A stretch of DNA of 64,000 bases from Methanobacteriota archaeon (lineage in GTDB: Archaea > Thermoplasmatota > Thermoplasmata > SG8-5 > JAGLSY01), in NCBI GenBank assembly GCA_020696385.1, contig JAEHCQ010000005.1:72311-136310 (forward strand), written 5' to 3'. Positions 1-9,447 of the stretch are shown in pieces (position 1 is the stretch's first letter; each line of letters starts with the position of its first letter). Under the pieces are notes generated by a model. It worked only from the letters and a program-made list of their open reading frames with translations. It was not told where the DNA came from and did no database searches. Both the position numbers and the translations under genes were made by a program.

Positions 1-1
1 G

Positions 2-1210
2 CCTGAGGAAGGAGAGGATATCGAGCAGGAAGAAGAGAGAGAAGAATCCCTGCCAGAAGATGCTGACATGGAGGCCTTCACGGAACAGATCCTTGCAGAT
101 GAGGAATTCGAGGAAGAGATCATTGAGGAAGTGGAGCCAGAGCCAGCTATAGAGTTCACAGAAGAAGATGATCTTGACGTCATAGAGGATGAACTTGGAC
201 TCGACCTTCCCGAGGAATTGGGCGATGAGCCTGAACTCGAAGAACCTGAAGATCTGGAGATCCCTGAAGAGGTAGAGCCTGAAATGGAAATTGAAGAAGA
301 ACCATTGATGGAAGAAGCTACACTTGATGAGGACATTCCAATTGAAGAGCCTTTGGCAGAAGAGCCAGAGATCACGATAGATGAACCGCTTACAGAGGAT
401 GATCTGTCTGCTTCTTTCGAGGTAGATGAGCCAATTGAGGCTGAGCCTGAAATGGAAATTGAAGATGAAGCTCCACTTGAAGCAGAAATTGCAGATATCG
501 AGGAAGTTGTAGAACCAGAGCCAGTGGAGGCAGATATAGAAGAACCTGCCGAAGCCGAAGTTCTGGAAGCTGAGCCAGCCATCATGGAGGAACCTATCGA
601 GACAGAGTCCATCATGGAGGACACAACAGAAGTTGAAGAGCACATCGAATGTGCAAGTTGTGGCGCATCCCTTGAAACTGGTTCAACAGACTGCTTCCTT
701 TGTGGAGAGATCGTAGTTGCTGCAGCTCCAGAAACTGATGAATTACCTATCGAAGCAGATACTGACATCCCTGATGTGGATGACGATATGGGTGCAGAGC
801 TTCCAACCGAGCATGAGGATCACAAGAAATGCCCAGGATGTGGAATATTCGTAGATCTGGATGCGGCAGAGTGTCCAGTATGTGACACACTATTCGATGA
901 GGCTGATGTTCCACAGGAGAACGGCATTGAGGTTCCAGTCATCGAGGCAGAGCCCGATATGAGCATTGAGGAATCCGCCGTTGTAGAGGCAGAGGAAGAA
1001 GAGCATATCGAGTGCTCGGAATGTGGGGCAAGTGTTGAATCAGATTCCACAGAATGCTTCCTATGTGGTGCCGAGCTTGCAGCTGTAGATGCAGAGGGAC
1101 TTTCAGACATATCTGATGATGGAGAAGAGAAGAAAGAATGCCCCGCTTGCGGAGCAATAGTCGGATCCTCAGATATCATATGCCCAATATGCGATGAAGC
1201 TCTTGTGTGA
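2..1210 (+). CDS. Very acidic low-complexity protein with four C-terminal CxxC...CxxC zinc ribbons (5'-partial)
   Basis: Frame is open from base 2. Strongly E/D/P-rich. Motifs CASCG..CFLCG, CPGCG..CPVCD, CSECG..CFLCG, CPACG..CPICD. Confidence 0.8.
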   Translation, partial: PEEGEDIEQEEEREESLPEDADMEAFTEQILADEEFEEEIIEEVEPEPAIEFTEEDDLDVIEDELGLDLPEELGDEPELEEPEDLEIPEEVEPEMEIEEEPLMEEATLDEDIPIEEPLAEEPEITIDEPLTEDDLSASFEVDEPIEAEPEMEIEDEAPLEAEIADIEEVVEPEPVEADIEEPAEAEVLEAEPAIMEEPIETESIMEDTTEVEEHIECASCGASLETGSTDCFLCGEIVVAAAPETDELPIEADTDIPDVDDDMGAELPTEHEDHKKCPGCGIFVDLDAAECPVCDTLFDEADVPQENGIEVPVIEAEPDMSIEESAVVEAEEEEHIECSECGASVESDSTECFLCGAELAAVDAEGLSDISDDGEEKKECPACGAIVGSSDIICPICDEALV

Positions 1211-1339
1211 ACTACCAGGCCATAAAAGACAGGAAGTTCCCATTCAAAGCCATTAGGCCAGCAAACTCATATCACAGCCCAGGATCACTCTGGTAAATTG
1301 AACATATCTTTTTATACCACCAGTTCTACGTCCGAACTG

Positions 1340-2167
1340 ATGGACACCCTATTGTTCCTGGTATCGGTTATAGGATTCTCTCCAGCTCTTGGAGTGGTAT
1401 GGTATAGCCTCAGGAAGTACGACCATCCTTATGTGAAAGGAACATGCTTCGATGATAGGCGAGTGTTCTTTCTTTTAGCCATTGGCATGGTGGCTGGTAC
1501 CATCCTTCTCATGATGGAAAGGCTGGTTTACCCGCTCTTCAAGGTCCCGATGGACGACGGAACCGTATATTTCAGCCCCCTCTGGTTCGTCGTGTTCTAT
1601 GTTGTCGCACTGGGGCTTGTGCACACACTGACAAAATATGTGATACTGAACTTCCCCTCCATTCAGGGCAGGATAGATTCTCAGTTCTACGGTGTGTCAC
1701 TTGGAGCCGGGATATCCGCAACCTGGATAGTTGGTTTCAGTTATATCCAGCTCACCGTGCAGGGTGGATCCAATGATATCGCGATCCTCACCTCACTGAT
1801 ATTGCTATCCTTGAACACAGCATTGATACATGCGTCGGTTGGCGCAGTTCTCGGTGTAAGCACTGCGAATAATGAGGGGATGAGAGGCATCATAGGCGGC
1901 CTTGTTCCGCATTTGATATTCGGTATGATGATGTTGCCATGGTTCTATTACGATGTCATCTGGTATACTCTTCTATTGGCAACACCCATCACCATCGTCA
2001 TCTACAGAGAAGTTTATCTGAACATAATTCCCAAGTCATTGCCTGAAGAGATCCAGCATGAGATCATGGAGAATAAGGCAAAGGCATTGAAAGCAAAAGA
2101 AGCTAAAGCAGAGGCAAAAGTAGAGACTGAAGCTGAAGCTGAAACAGAATTGGAAGAAACAGAATAG
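1340..2167 (+). CDS. Multi-pass membrane protein, PrsW-like topology with degenerate catalytic motifs
   Basis: About 7-8 hydrophobic segments. N-terminal PAL..VWY...YD pattern and LIHAS motif resemble PrsW; HTLTK sits where EExxK is expected. ATG at 1340 chosen. Confidence 0.55.
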   Translation: MDTLLFLVSVIGFSPALGVVWYSLRKYDHPYVKGTCFDDRRVFFLLAIGMVAGTILLMMERLVYPLFKVPMDDGTVYFSPLWFVVFYVVALGLVHTLTKYVILNFPSIQGRIDSQFYGVSLGAGISATWIVGFSYIQLTVQGGSNDIAILTSLILLSLNTALIHASVGAVLGVSTANNEGMRGIIGGLVPHLIFGMMMLPWFYYDVIWYTLLLATPITIVIYREVYLNIIPKSLPEEIQHEIMENKAKALKAKEAKAEAKVETEAEAETELEETE

Positions 2168-2223
2168 TCTGGATGTCCTGGATCAAGATTTTTCTGTATC
2201 AAGATATTGGGTTTTAGAAATTA

Positions 2224-3153
2224 TCAGTGAGAGATATACATCCCGCAATTGCTCTTGATCTGATTTTCCTCAACTTCTCCAATGCTTAGCAATACCTCGA
2301 AACCCAGTGCTTCGAATTCATCGATCAGCCTTTTCAAATTATGCTGATGTTCATGACCCTCCTCATCGATCAGACTTTCCAGCAGATTGGCCTTGGAATT
2401 GTTAGTTGGGTTGATAGGTGTCAGTTTGATCAGGAATTTGTCTGTTGGGAACATGTCCGCGATCTTATGGGGGCTGACGGGATATCCCTGAGCCATCGCA
2501 AAGTTAAGTGTCACTTTGCGGTCACCCTCTTTGCAGAACCTCTGGCCAAATTCAGATATCTGCTCCAGGCTCATTTTATTGATTGGCATGAGCTCATCAC
2601 GCTTTTCATCATCGGTCGTGTGGATGGAGAATTGCATCTGAAACTTGCCATCGGGATAAAGCTCGTCCTTGATCTCCAATAGCTCTTCGAAGAAGGGCCA
2701 GGCTCCTGCTGGAGCCACAGTCGATATGCACGGCAGAAGCCCGGGAGCATCCAGATGTTCCGGCAGCATTCTGAGAGTCTGAAGCACATTCGGATTGAGG
2801 GCGGGCTCGCCCATTCTGGCAAATTGGATCTTGAACTTTGGGACAGGTACTTTGCCATCCGGAAATCGCGTTCTTATCAGATAATCGATCTGAGCCAGCA
2901 TTTCCTCGGCTTCCAGTTTACCACTGTAATTACCACCCGCATCGCACATCCTACACCTCACCGGGCATCCGAATAGCGAGGAGATGATTATCACCCACTT
3001 CTCCTCCCTCGGGACAGGAGGCTGGATGGATTCTGCGAATTCAACAAGATAGGGATCTTTCACATTTGAGCCAGCGGTATCTTCTTCCTCTCGGAATCTC
3101 GCGACATACACCTTGGCCAGTCCCTCATTGCCGTGCTCGGATATTATTTTCAT
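2224..3153 (-). CDS. Radical SAM protein, RlmN/Cfr-like
   Basis: SSLFGCPVRCRMC (CX3CX2C), RMGEP motif, C-terminal SNCGM equivalent to RlmN ACGQL. Confidence 0.8.
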   Translation of the reverse strand: MKIISEHGNEGLAKVYVARFREEEDTAGSNVKDPYLVEFAESIQPPVPREEKWVIIISSLFGCPVRCRMCDAGGNYSGKLEAEEMLAQIDYLIRTRFPDGKVPVPKFKIQFARMGEPALNPNVLQTLRMLPEHLDAPGLLPCISTVAPAGAWPFFEELLEIKDELYPDGKFQMQFSIHTTDDEKRDELMPINKMSLEQISEFGQRFCKEGDRKVTLNFAMAQGYPVSPHKIADMFPTDKFLIKLTPINPTNNSKANLLESLIDEEGHEHQHNLKRLIDEFEALGFEVLLSIGEVEENQIKSNCGMYISH

Positions 3154-4052
3154 ATGATATCCTCCTGATTATCCGAGATACTTTCCAGAAATTTCATAAT
3201 GCCCATCGCGGCCTTGATACCGTCCCCGACAGCTATGCCCATTTGGCGATAACTGCCCTGCTGCACATCCCCCGCGATGTAGAGGCCCGGGAGTGCGTTC
3301 GCGCCCGTATCGCGTTGTAAGGGCACGATTAACTCATCGGATGGTCGCCTTCCAATGGCGACCAGTACGATATCTGCTTTTATCTGCATGTGGGGGCATT
3401 TGATAACCAGACGGCCTCCATGCATCTCGAAGGAGGCCGGATTACAATCCTGGTATATCTGGATACTTGGATCATTCTCTGCCCTTTCATAAAGCAAGGG
3501 CAGGCATCTTGGCTTGTCGGATCTCATCGCGATTCGAACACTGGCTCCCTTTTCGGAAAGATTGAGCGCATAGTCAAAGGCCGCGTCCCCGCCTCCGATG
3601 ACAACCACTTCCTTCCCGGAAATATTGTCTGGCAGGTCGGCTATCTCGTAAAAAAGATGCTTCCCCTCGATGATATCAGAGCCATCGAGGTCCAATTTGA
3701 GAGGAATAGTGCCAGTGGCGATAATAACAGTGCGGGCATCCAGTTCCTTAGGTTCGGGGTCTTCCAAGCGCACGCGGAACCCGACATCATTCCTTTCGAT
3801 GTCGGTCACTTCCGCCATCTCCACCTCGATATCCCATCTGGCAAGCTGGCCTTCCATCTCTTCCACCAGTTTCTTGCCAGGCAGTCCGTCAAAGCCAGGA
3901 TAGTTCTCCACAAGGTGGGCATTATGAAGAAGCCCACCAGTTCGCTTTCTCTCGAATATCTTGAATTTAATTCCCGCTCGTTTTAGAAAGACCGCGGCGG
4001 ATATTCCAGCCGGGCCAGCACCCACGATAATGGTGTCCAAGCTCTCGGTCAT
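3150..4052 (-). CDS. NAD(P)/FAD-dependent oxidoreductase, thioredoxin-reductase-like, lacking CxxC
   Basis: GAGPAG, ATG, GGGDAA and GLYIAGD motifs. LFYEIAD replaces the usual SYCATCD. Confidence 0.85.
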   Translation of the reverse strand: MTESLDTIIVGAGPAGISAAVFLKRAGIKFKIFERKRTGGLLHNAHLVENYPGFDGLPGKKLVEEMEGQLARWDIEVEMAEVTDIERNDVGFRVRLEDPEPKELDARTVIIATGTIPLKLDLDGSDIIEGKHLFYEIADLPDNISGKEVVVIGGGDAAFDYALNLSEKGASVRIAMRSDKPRCLPLLYERAENDPSIQIYQDCNPASFEMHGGRLVIKCPHMQIKADIVLVAIGRRPSDELIVPLQRDTGANALPGLYIAGDVQQGSYRQMGIAVGDGIKAAMGIMKFLESISDNQEDII

Positions 4053-4762
4053 TGGTCATCCTCCTCTATCTCCATCATCTCAATTATCTCGGAGGTTGTC
4101 ACAGGTACTGCGAAACCATCAGCCAGTGTTCGTAAGGCCGACATGTGCAGTTCTTCAGTATCGGATGCTGTAGCATCGACCACCGCATAGACCTCCAGGT
4201 CCTGCATGAAGGCATCACGGCATGTTGATTCCACACATAGGTGGGTCTGCACGCCAGCTACTATTATTGAGCGGATTCGCATACCTGCCAATACAGAGGC
4301 CAGTGCCGTCCCTTTAAAGGCACTGTATCTTGATTTTCGTATCACCAGCTCATCGCCTTCCGGCTGCAGCTCGGGAGCTATCTGGCTCATTGTATCTGAG
4401 CCCCGGAGAACATCACCCCACCAGCGGCCCATTATTCCGGGTTCCTCGTCATCTGTGAGGGCATGTCGGGTGTAGATCACCGACATGTCATTCTGCCTGG
4501 CTATTTCGATCAACCGGGCAATATTAGGCAGAATCGCCTTCGAGGTTGGAACGAAGGCATGGCATTTTTCATCCAAAAAGAAGGACTGGCAGTCGATTAT
4601 AAGAAGAACTGAATTACTTTTATCCAGGGCGAATCTCTTCTTCGCCCTGCAATAAGATTCCAGTTCGGATATCCACCCACTGGCCTTATCCTGAATATTG
4701 CCGAGATTAGCGTACTCCTCATCCTTAATGTATCCAATATCCTTGTCTGAAACCATGTACAT
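4049..4762 (-). CDS. Isochorismatase-family cysteine hydrolase
   Basis: LLIIDCQ (Asp), RKSRYSAF (Lys) and GVQTHLCVEST (Cys) triad. Confidence 0.9.
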   Translation of the reverse strand: MYMVSDKDIGYIKDEEYANLGNIQDKASGWISELESYCRAKKRFALDKSNSVLLIIDCQSFFLDEKCHAFVPTSKAILPNIARLIEIARQNDMSVIYTRHALTDDEEPGIMGRWWGDVLRGSDTMSQIAPELQPEGDELVIRKSRYSAFKGTALASVLAGMRIRSIIVAGVQTHLCVESTCRDAFMQDLEVYAVVDATASDTEELHMSALRTLADGFAVPVTTSEIIEMMEIEEDDQ

Positions 4763-4917
4763 TCCTTCATGGTTTCCTGGTTTAGGGAGCTGGAAACTCT
4801 AAAACATTGCTCCGTATCCAGGGGTAAAATGAAACGGGTTAAAATATATTTTGGATAATATGAGGTGCGGATAAGTTTTAACTATCAATTCCACCATCAC
4901 ATCTGGAGAGTGACCAA

Positions 4918-6702
4918 ATGGCAGTAAGTTATCAGAACAAATATCTATCAATTGACTTGACAAGTGGAACAGTGGAAACAGGGGAGCCAGACCCCGCCGA
5001 GCTAGAGAAATTCCTCGGCGGCAAGGGCCTTGGCCTATCCCTGCTTTGTAAACTAGATACATCCACGGATGCGCTGGATCCTGATAATCCAATGATATTC
5101 CTTACTGGCCCGCTCACAGGCACGACCATGACCACATCCAATCGGTCATGCATTGTCACACGCTCTCCACTCACAGGCGGCTTCCTGGATTCCCATGCTG
5201 GAGGAAAATATGGAACCGCGATCAAGGGTGCTGGCTATGATTATATAATTATCAAGGGCAAGTCTCAAAAACCAGTCTATATCCACGTGACTCCCGAAGG
5301 AACCGAGATACTGGATGCAGATGGATTATGGGGAAAGGGATGCTTCGAGACAGAGGACATCATCAAGGAATCCTATCCAAAGGCAGAGATCGCCAGCATA
5401 GGACCGGCTGGCGAGAATCTTGTTAAATTCGCCTGCATCAGCACCGACAAATCGCGTCAGTTCGGCCGCGGAGGAACCGGGGCTGTCATGGGCTCGAAGA
5501 ATCTTAAAGCACTTGTCATCGAGGGCAGGGAACTTACAAATTATCACAATTCTGACAAGTTCAGGGAGCTATCGAAGACCCTGACGAAAGACGTACTGGC
5601 ACATCCAGGCAAGATCAAAAGAAATGACCTCGGCACCATGATGTGGGTGCGCATGGGGCATGAAGATGGACATTTCCTGCCAACCCGTAATTTCCAGAAG
5701 GGACAGTTCGATGGCTATGAGGGCATAACCTCCGAGGCGATGAAAAATGAACTCGGAGGATGGAAGAACACTGGATGTTTCAATTGTGCCATCCAGTGCT
5801 CGAAGGTCGCCGTCTGGGACGGCTATGAATTCGAGGGCCCAGAGTACGAGACAACGGCCTACCTAGGATCTGGCTGCGAGATAGGGGATGCCAAGGCGGT
5901 CGCGAAGGCCAATTACATGTGCGATGATCTTGGCCTGGATACGATCTCCGCAGGTGTTACGATATCCTTCGCGATGGAGGCTGCTGAGAAAGGGCTCCTG
6001 CCAGAGGAAGATAATGCCAGCATCAAATTCGGCAGCATTGAGAGCCTGCATGAGACCATACGGAAAATTGCATATCGTGAAGGCATCGGCGACATACTGG
6101 CTGAGGGCACACGCCTTGCCTCCAGAAAAATAGGCAAGGGCAGTGAGTATTTCGCCATCCAGATAGGCGGAATGGAACTGAGCGGTGTGAACCCACTGGG
6201 CAGTTATTCCATGGCACTGGCACTGGCGACATCGGACTTCGCCAGTCATACAAGATTATGGAGTTGCTCGGATGAGATGGCGGGCAACCTGGAACTGGAC
6301 ACGCTGCCGAATTATATTGCGGCTGGCCAGGATGATGTCAATATACGAAATTGCTTGATAGCCTGCGATTTCCTACCCTTTGGACTTGACAGGCTGGCTC
6401 CTCTGGTGGAAGAAGCTACTGGCTTCAGGACAACGAAGGAAAGCCTGCTTGCAATTGGTGAGAGGGTGCATAATCTGGCCAGAGAATACAATATGAGAAC
6501 TGGTCGGACGCATGATGATGATATCCTGCCAGGGAGATTCCACGAGGAAGAATCTATCGCGGGTCTGATGAATGGGCAAAGGATCTCTAAAGAATTCTTC
6601 GAAAGCCAGCTTCAGGATTATTACAAGCTCAGAGGTTGGGATGATAAAGGCAGACCGACCAGGGAGACCATGGAAAAGGCTGATCTTGGCTCATATATTT
6701 GA
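4918..6702 (+). CDS. aor: Aldehyde:ferredoxin oxidoreductase family (W/Mo-bispterin) enzyme
   Basis: FLGGKGLG, IGPAGENLV, GRGGTGAVMGSKNLKA, CxxCxxxC, GPEYET, DDLGLDTIS, YYKLRGWD. Confidence 0.92.
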   Translation: MAVSYQNKYLSIDLTSGTVETGEPDPAELEKFLGGKGLGLSLLCKLDTSTDALDPDNPMIFLTGPLTGTTMTTSNRSCIVTRSPLTGGFLDSHAGGKYGTAIKGAGYDYIIIKGKSQKPVYIHVTPEGTEILDADGLWGKGCFETEDIIKESYPKAEIASIGPAGENLVKFACISTDKSRQFGRGGTGAVMGSKNLKALVIEGRELTNYHNSDKFRELSKTLTKDVLAHPGKIKRNDLGTMMWVRMGHEDGHFLPTRNFQKGQFDGYEGITSEAMKNELGGWKNTGCFNCAIQCSKVAVWDGYEFEGPEYETTAYLGSGCEIGDAKAVAKANYMCDDLGLDTISAGVTISFAMEAAEKGLLPEEDNASIKFGSIESLHETIRKIAYREGIGDILAEGTRLASRKIGKGSEYFAIQIGGMELSGVNPLGSYSMALALATSDFASHTRLWSCSDEMAGNLELDTLPNYIAAGQDDVNIRNCLIACDFLPFGLDRLAPLVEEATGFRTTKESLLAIGERVHNLAREYNMRTGRTHDDDILPGRFHEEESIAGLMNGQRISKEFFESQLQDYYKLRGWDDKGRPTRETMEKADLGSYI

Positions 6703-6851
6703 GCTTGTTAGAGATCTGGCATAGAATAATGCCTTTGGAGTTTGTACAGGTCTCACAAAATATGAAAATGTACTTTTAATGTATGAATATTCGATATATT
6801 TATATACGGATAATACACAGCTTTATATATTCAATTGTTAATTCAGGCGTG

Positions 6852-7091
6852 ATGATGATCAGAGATGGTTATTATGGACGGGATAGCGACCATATTTTAT
6901 TTGATATTGTAAAAGATCGTATGCTTAGGTCCGACCTATCCAGTTCAGAAAATCATCCCCGAATGGAAACAACCGAGATCGGCATGCTTTACCTGAAGTC
7001 CTTCCTGAACAACCTTGAGGAGAAGGGAATGGGAGACAAGGATTATTCTCTCGCATTGGCAAAGGCATTTTTGACATCCGTGGCCGCATAA
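6852..7091 (+). CDS. Small hypothetical protein
   Basis: Short ORF downstream of a TATA-like tttatata. Start uncertain, no family recognised. Confidence 0.5.
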   Translation: MMIRDGYYGRDSDHILFDIVKDRMLRSDLSSSENHPRMETTEIGMLYLKSFLNNLEEKGMGDKDYSLALAKAFLTSVAA

Positions 7092-7197
7092 GAACTGTCT
7101 GGCATTTGTCTCAGACAGTTAACTAAGAGCATAACAATTGACAATCAATCTTTAGTTAAAATTATATATCCTACTGACTTCCCACATCAAAGGTGAT

Positions 7198-8247
7198 ATT
7201 ATTACTCTCAAGATAGCGATCATAGGATGCGGTGTTGTAGGCCAGGGACTCATGAAGATACTTCGTGACAAGAAAGAATTTTTGAAAGAGAGATACGGAT
7301 TCGATGCAGAGGTCGTGGCCATATCCGACAAGTTCAAAGGCTCGATACTGGTCAAGGATGGAATTGACCTGGATGCCCTTATCAAACACATGGAAAGCAC
7401 CGGCAAGGTGGATGGATTCGAGGCCACTGGCGCCATAACTGGCCTGGAGCCAATCGAGACCATCAGACAATCCGGAGCAGACATTATTGCAGAAGCTTCT
7501 TTCACAGACATCAAAACAGGCGAGCCAGCAACTTCCCATGTCAGAGAAGCACTGGGAAGCGGAAAGCATGTCGTGACAACGAACAAGGGACCAGTTGCCT
7601 TGTTCGTGAGAGAATTGGAGACATTGGCAAAACAGAACAATGTCCAGTTCAGATACGAGGGCGCGGTAATGTCCGGAACTCCCATCTTCAACCTTATCGA
7701 ATTCTGCCTCGCTGGAAATGATATCCGCGAGGTTAAAGGAATCCTCAATGGAACAACCAACTTCATCCTCACTAAAATGGAAGAGGATGACATGGCATAC
7801 GAGGATGCACTGACACTTGCTCAGAGTCTCGGATATGCAGAGGCAGACCCAACCGGCGATGTGGAAGGATACGATGCACTGGCCAAGGTCATGCAATTAT
7901 CCAATATTGTTCTTGGTGGAAGTCTGACCGAAAGCGATATTGAGCGCGAGGGAATAACTGGCATCACATCAGATATGATTAAAGCCGCAGCTTCGGAAGG
8001 CATGAGGTACAAGCTCATTGGATCAACACGAAAAGAGGGCGGTAAGATAATCGCCTATGTGAAACCGGTCAAGATGCCACTCAGTGACCCGCTGGCAGGA
8101 GTAGGCGGTGCGATAAACGCCCTCACATTCAGTTGTGACCTATCCGGTGATGTTACTATTCAAGGGCCGGGCGCAGGTCAGATGGAAACTGGATTCGCAT
8201 TGCTCATTGACATACTGGCCATAAACTCGGCTGTCAACTGTTGCTGA
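7198..8247 (+). CDS. hom: Homoserine dehydrogenase (probable ATT start)
   Basis: KIAIIGCGVVGQG Rossmann motif lies upstream of the first ATG. Also HVVTTNKGP, GILNGTTNFIL, GYAEADPTGDVEG, GPGAG. Confidence 0.92.
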   Translation: MITLKIAIIGCGVVGQGLMKILRDKKEFLKERYGFDAEVVAISDKFKGSILVKDGIDLDALIKHMESTGKVDGFEATGAITGLEPIETIRQSGADIIAEASFTDIKTGEPATSHVREALGSGKHVVTTNKGPVALFVRELETLAKQNNVQFRYEGAVMSGTPIFNLIEFCLAGNDIREVKGILNGTTNFILTKMEEDDMAYEDALTLAQSLGYAEADPTGDVEGYDALAKVMQLSNIVLGGSLTESDIEREGITGITSDMIKAAASEGMRYKLIGSTRKEGGKIIAYVKPVKMPLSDPLAGVGGAINALTFSCDLSGDVTIQGPGAGQMETGFALLIDILAINSAVNCC

Positions 8248-8384
8248 ACTCCGAGCACCAGGATATACTATACAGAATGGAGATCATGCTTCGATCCGAT
8301 AGCCAATTAGAATAGATATCAATAAAGGGATTTAGGGCATAATGTTAATAATGTACCTGTCAATGGACACAAGGAGGAATGTGG

Positions 8385-9362
8385 ATGAATATTCTGATAG
8401 TTGAAGATTATGAGCCGTCGATAGACAAGCTGGGAGCGATCTTGACCAAAGCAGGTCATGAGGTCATGTCCGCCAAGAATGGAAATGACGGACTTGAGAA
8501 ATACAGAAAGGACGTGTATGATGTCGTATTCATGGACTGGACACTCCCTGACATGGATGGAAACAGGCTTGCCAGTGATATGCGTGATACCGATACAATG
8601 AGACAGAGGAATTCCTATCTCATCATGACCACTGGAAGGTCCAAAAAACATGATATGTTGGAGGCCATGGAGGCTGGCATTGATGATTTCATGCTCAAGC
8701 CCTATGATAAGGCAGTTGTAATGTCCAGGTTGACCATTGCCAAGCAGATAATGGATGCCAGGGATAATAAGACAGTCGGAGCCCCAGATATCATGGACAT
8801 ATTCGAGAAGGAGCATGAGCTGGTCAGCAGGGTGACTGGCATAATGGAGATGACATACAATATGCTGGATGAATCACGCCCCATACCCCAGAAACTCCTG
8901 ACATGGTGCACATCCTCTGCTTTCCTTTTGGACTTCCAAGTGCATGAGAGGAAAGAGGATTTCTATATCGAAAGATTCATTGAAAGAGCCAAGGAAGAGC
9001 ATGGCAAGACCTCGGAATTATTTTCCAGATCGTCAATGGCACAGATAATGAAGGAGCATGAGATAATCAAGAGGCTCCTCATAAATATGCAGAAGACCAT
9101 CAATAATAAGAATACTGATGGAGAATTTGACATACAGAAATTAATGAAATTCATTGGCCAGTATGTGGAATTGATAAGAATGCATAAGGCCCGTGAGGAC
9201 GATATCTTCTTCCCCTTTACGATGAGATATCTAAATGATGATGATATCGAGTATTTGAAGGGTGAGTTCCAGAAGATAGACGAGAAGGTGGGCATTGAAA
9301 AGATAGATGCCAGGATTAAGACACTGGGTCACCTTGAGGACGTCCTAAAGATCAAGGTATGA
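8385..9362 (+). CDS. Response-regulator receiver fused to a hemerythrin-like (HHE) domain
   Basis: REC: ILIVED, FMDWTLPDMDG, DDFMLKP. C-terminal EHE, HERKED, EHE and HKAREDDIFFP. GGAGG upstream. Confidence 0.85.
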   Translation: MNILIVEDYEPSIDKLGAILTKAGHEVMSAKNGNDGLEKYRKDVYDVVFMDWTLPDMDGNRLASDMRDTDTMRQRNSYLIMTTGRSKKHDMLEAMEAGIDDFMLKPYDKAVVMSRLTIAKQIMDARDNKTVGAPDIMDIFEKEHELVSRVTGIMEMTYNMLDESRPIPQKLLTWCTSSAFLLDFQVHERKEDFYIERFIERAKEEHGKTSELFSRSSMAQIMKEHEIIKRLLINMQKTINNKNTDGEFDIQKLMKFIGQYVELIRMHKAREDDIFFPFTMRYLNDDDIEYLKGEFQKIDEKVGIEKIDARIKTLGHLEDVLKIKV

Positions 9363-9447
9363 ACCAATCCAAGATTTGATTAATGTCTTCCCAAGCATTT
9401 ATCCATCTCCACTAATCGTTAAGTAAGATGGAGTATTTTCCAGTTCT

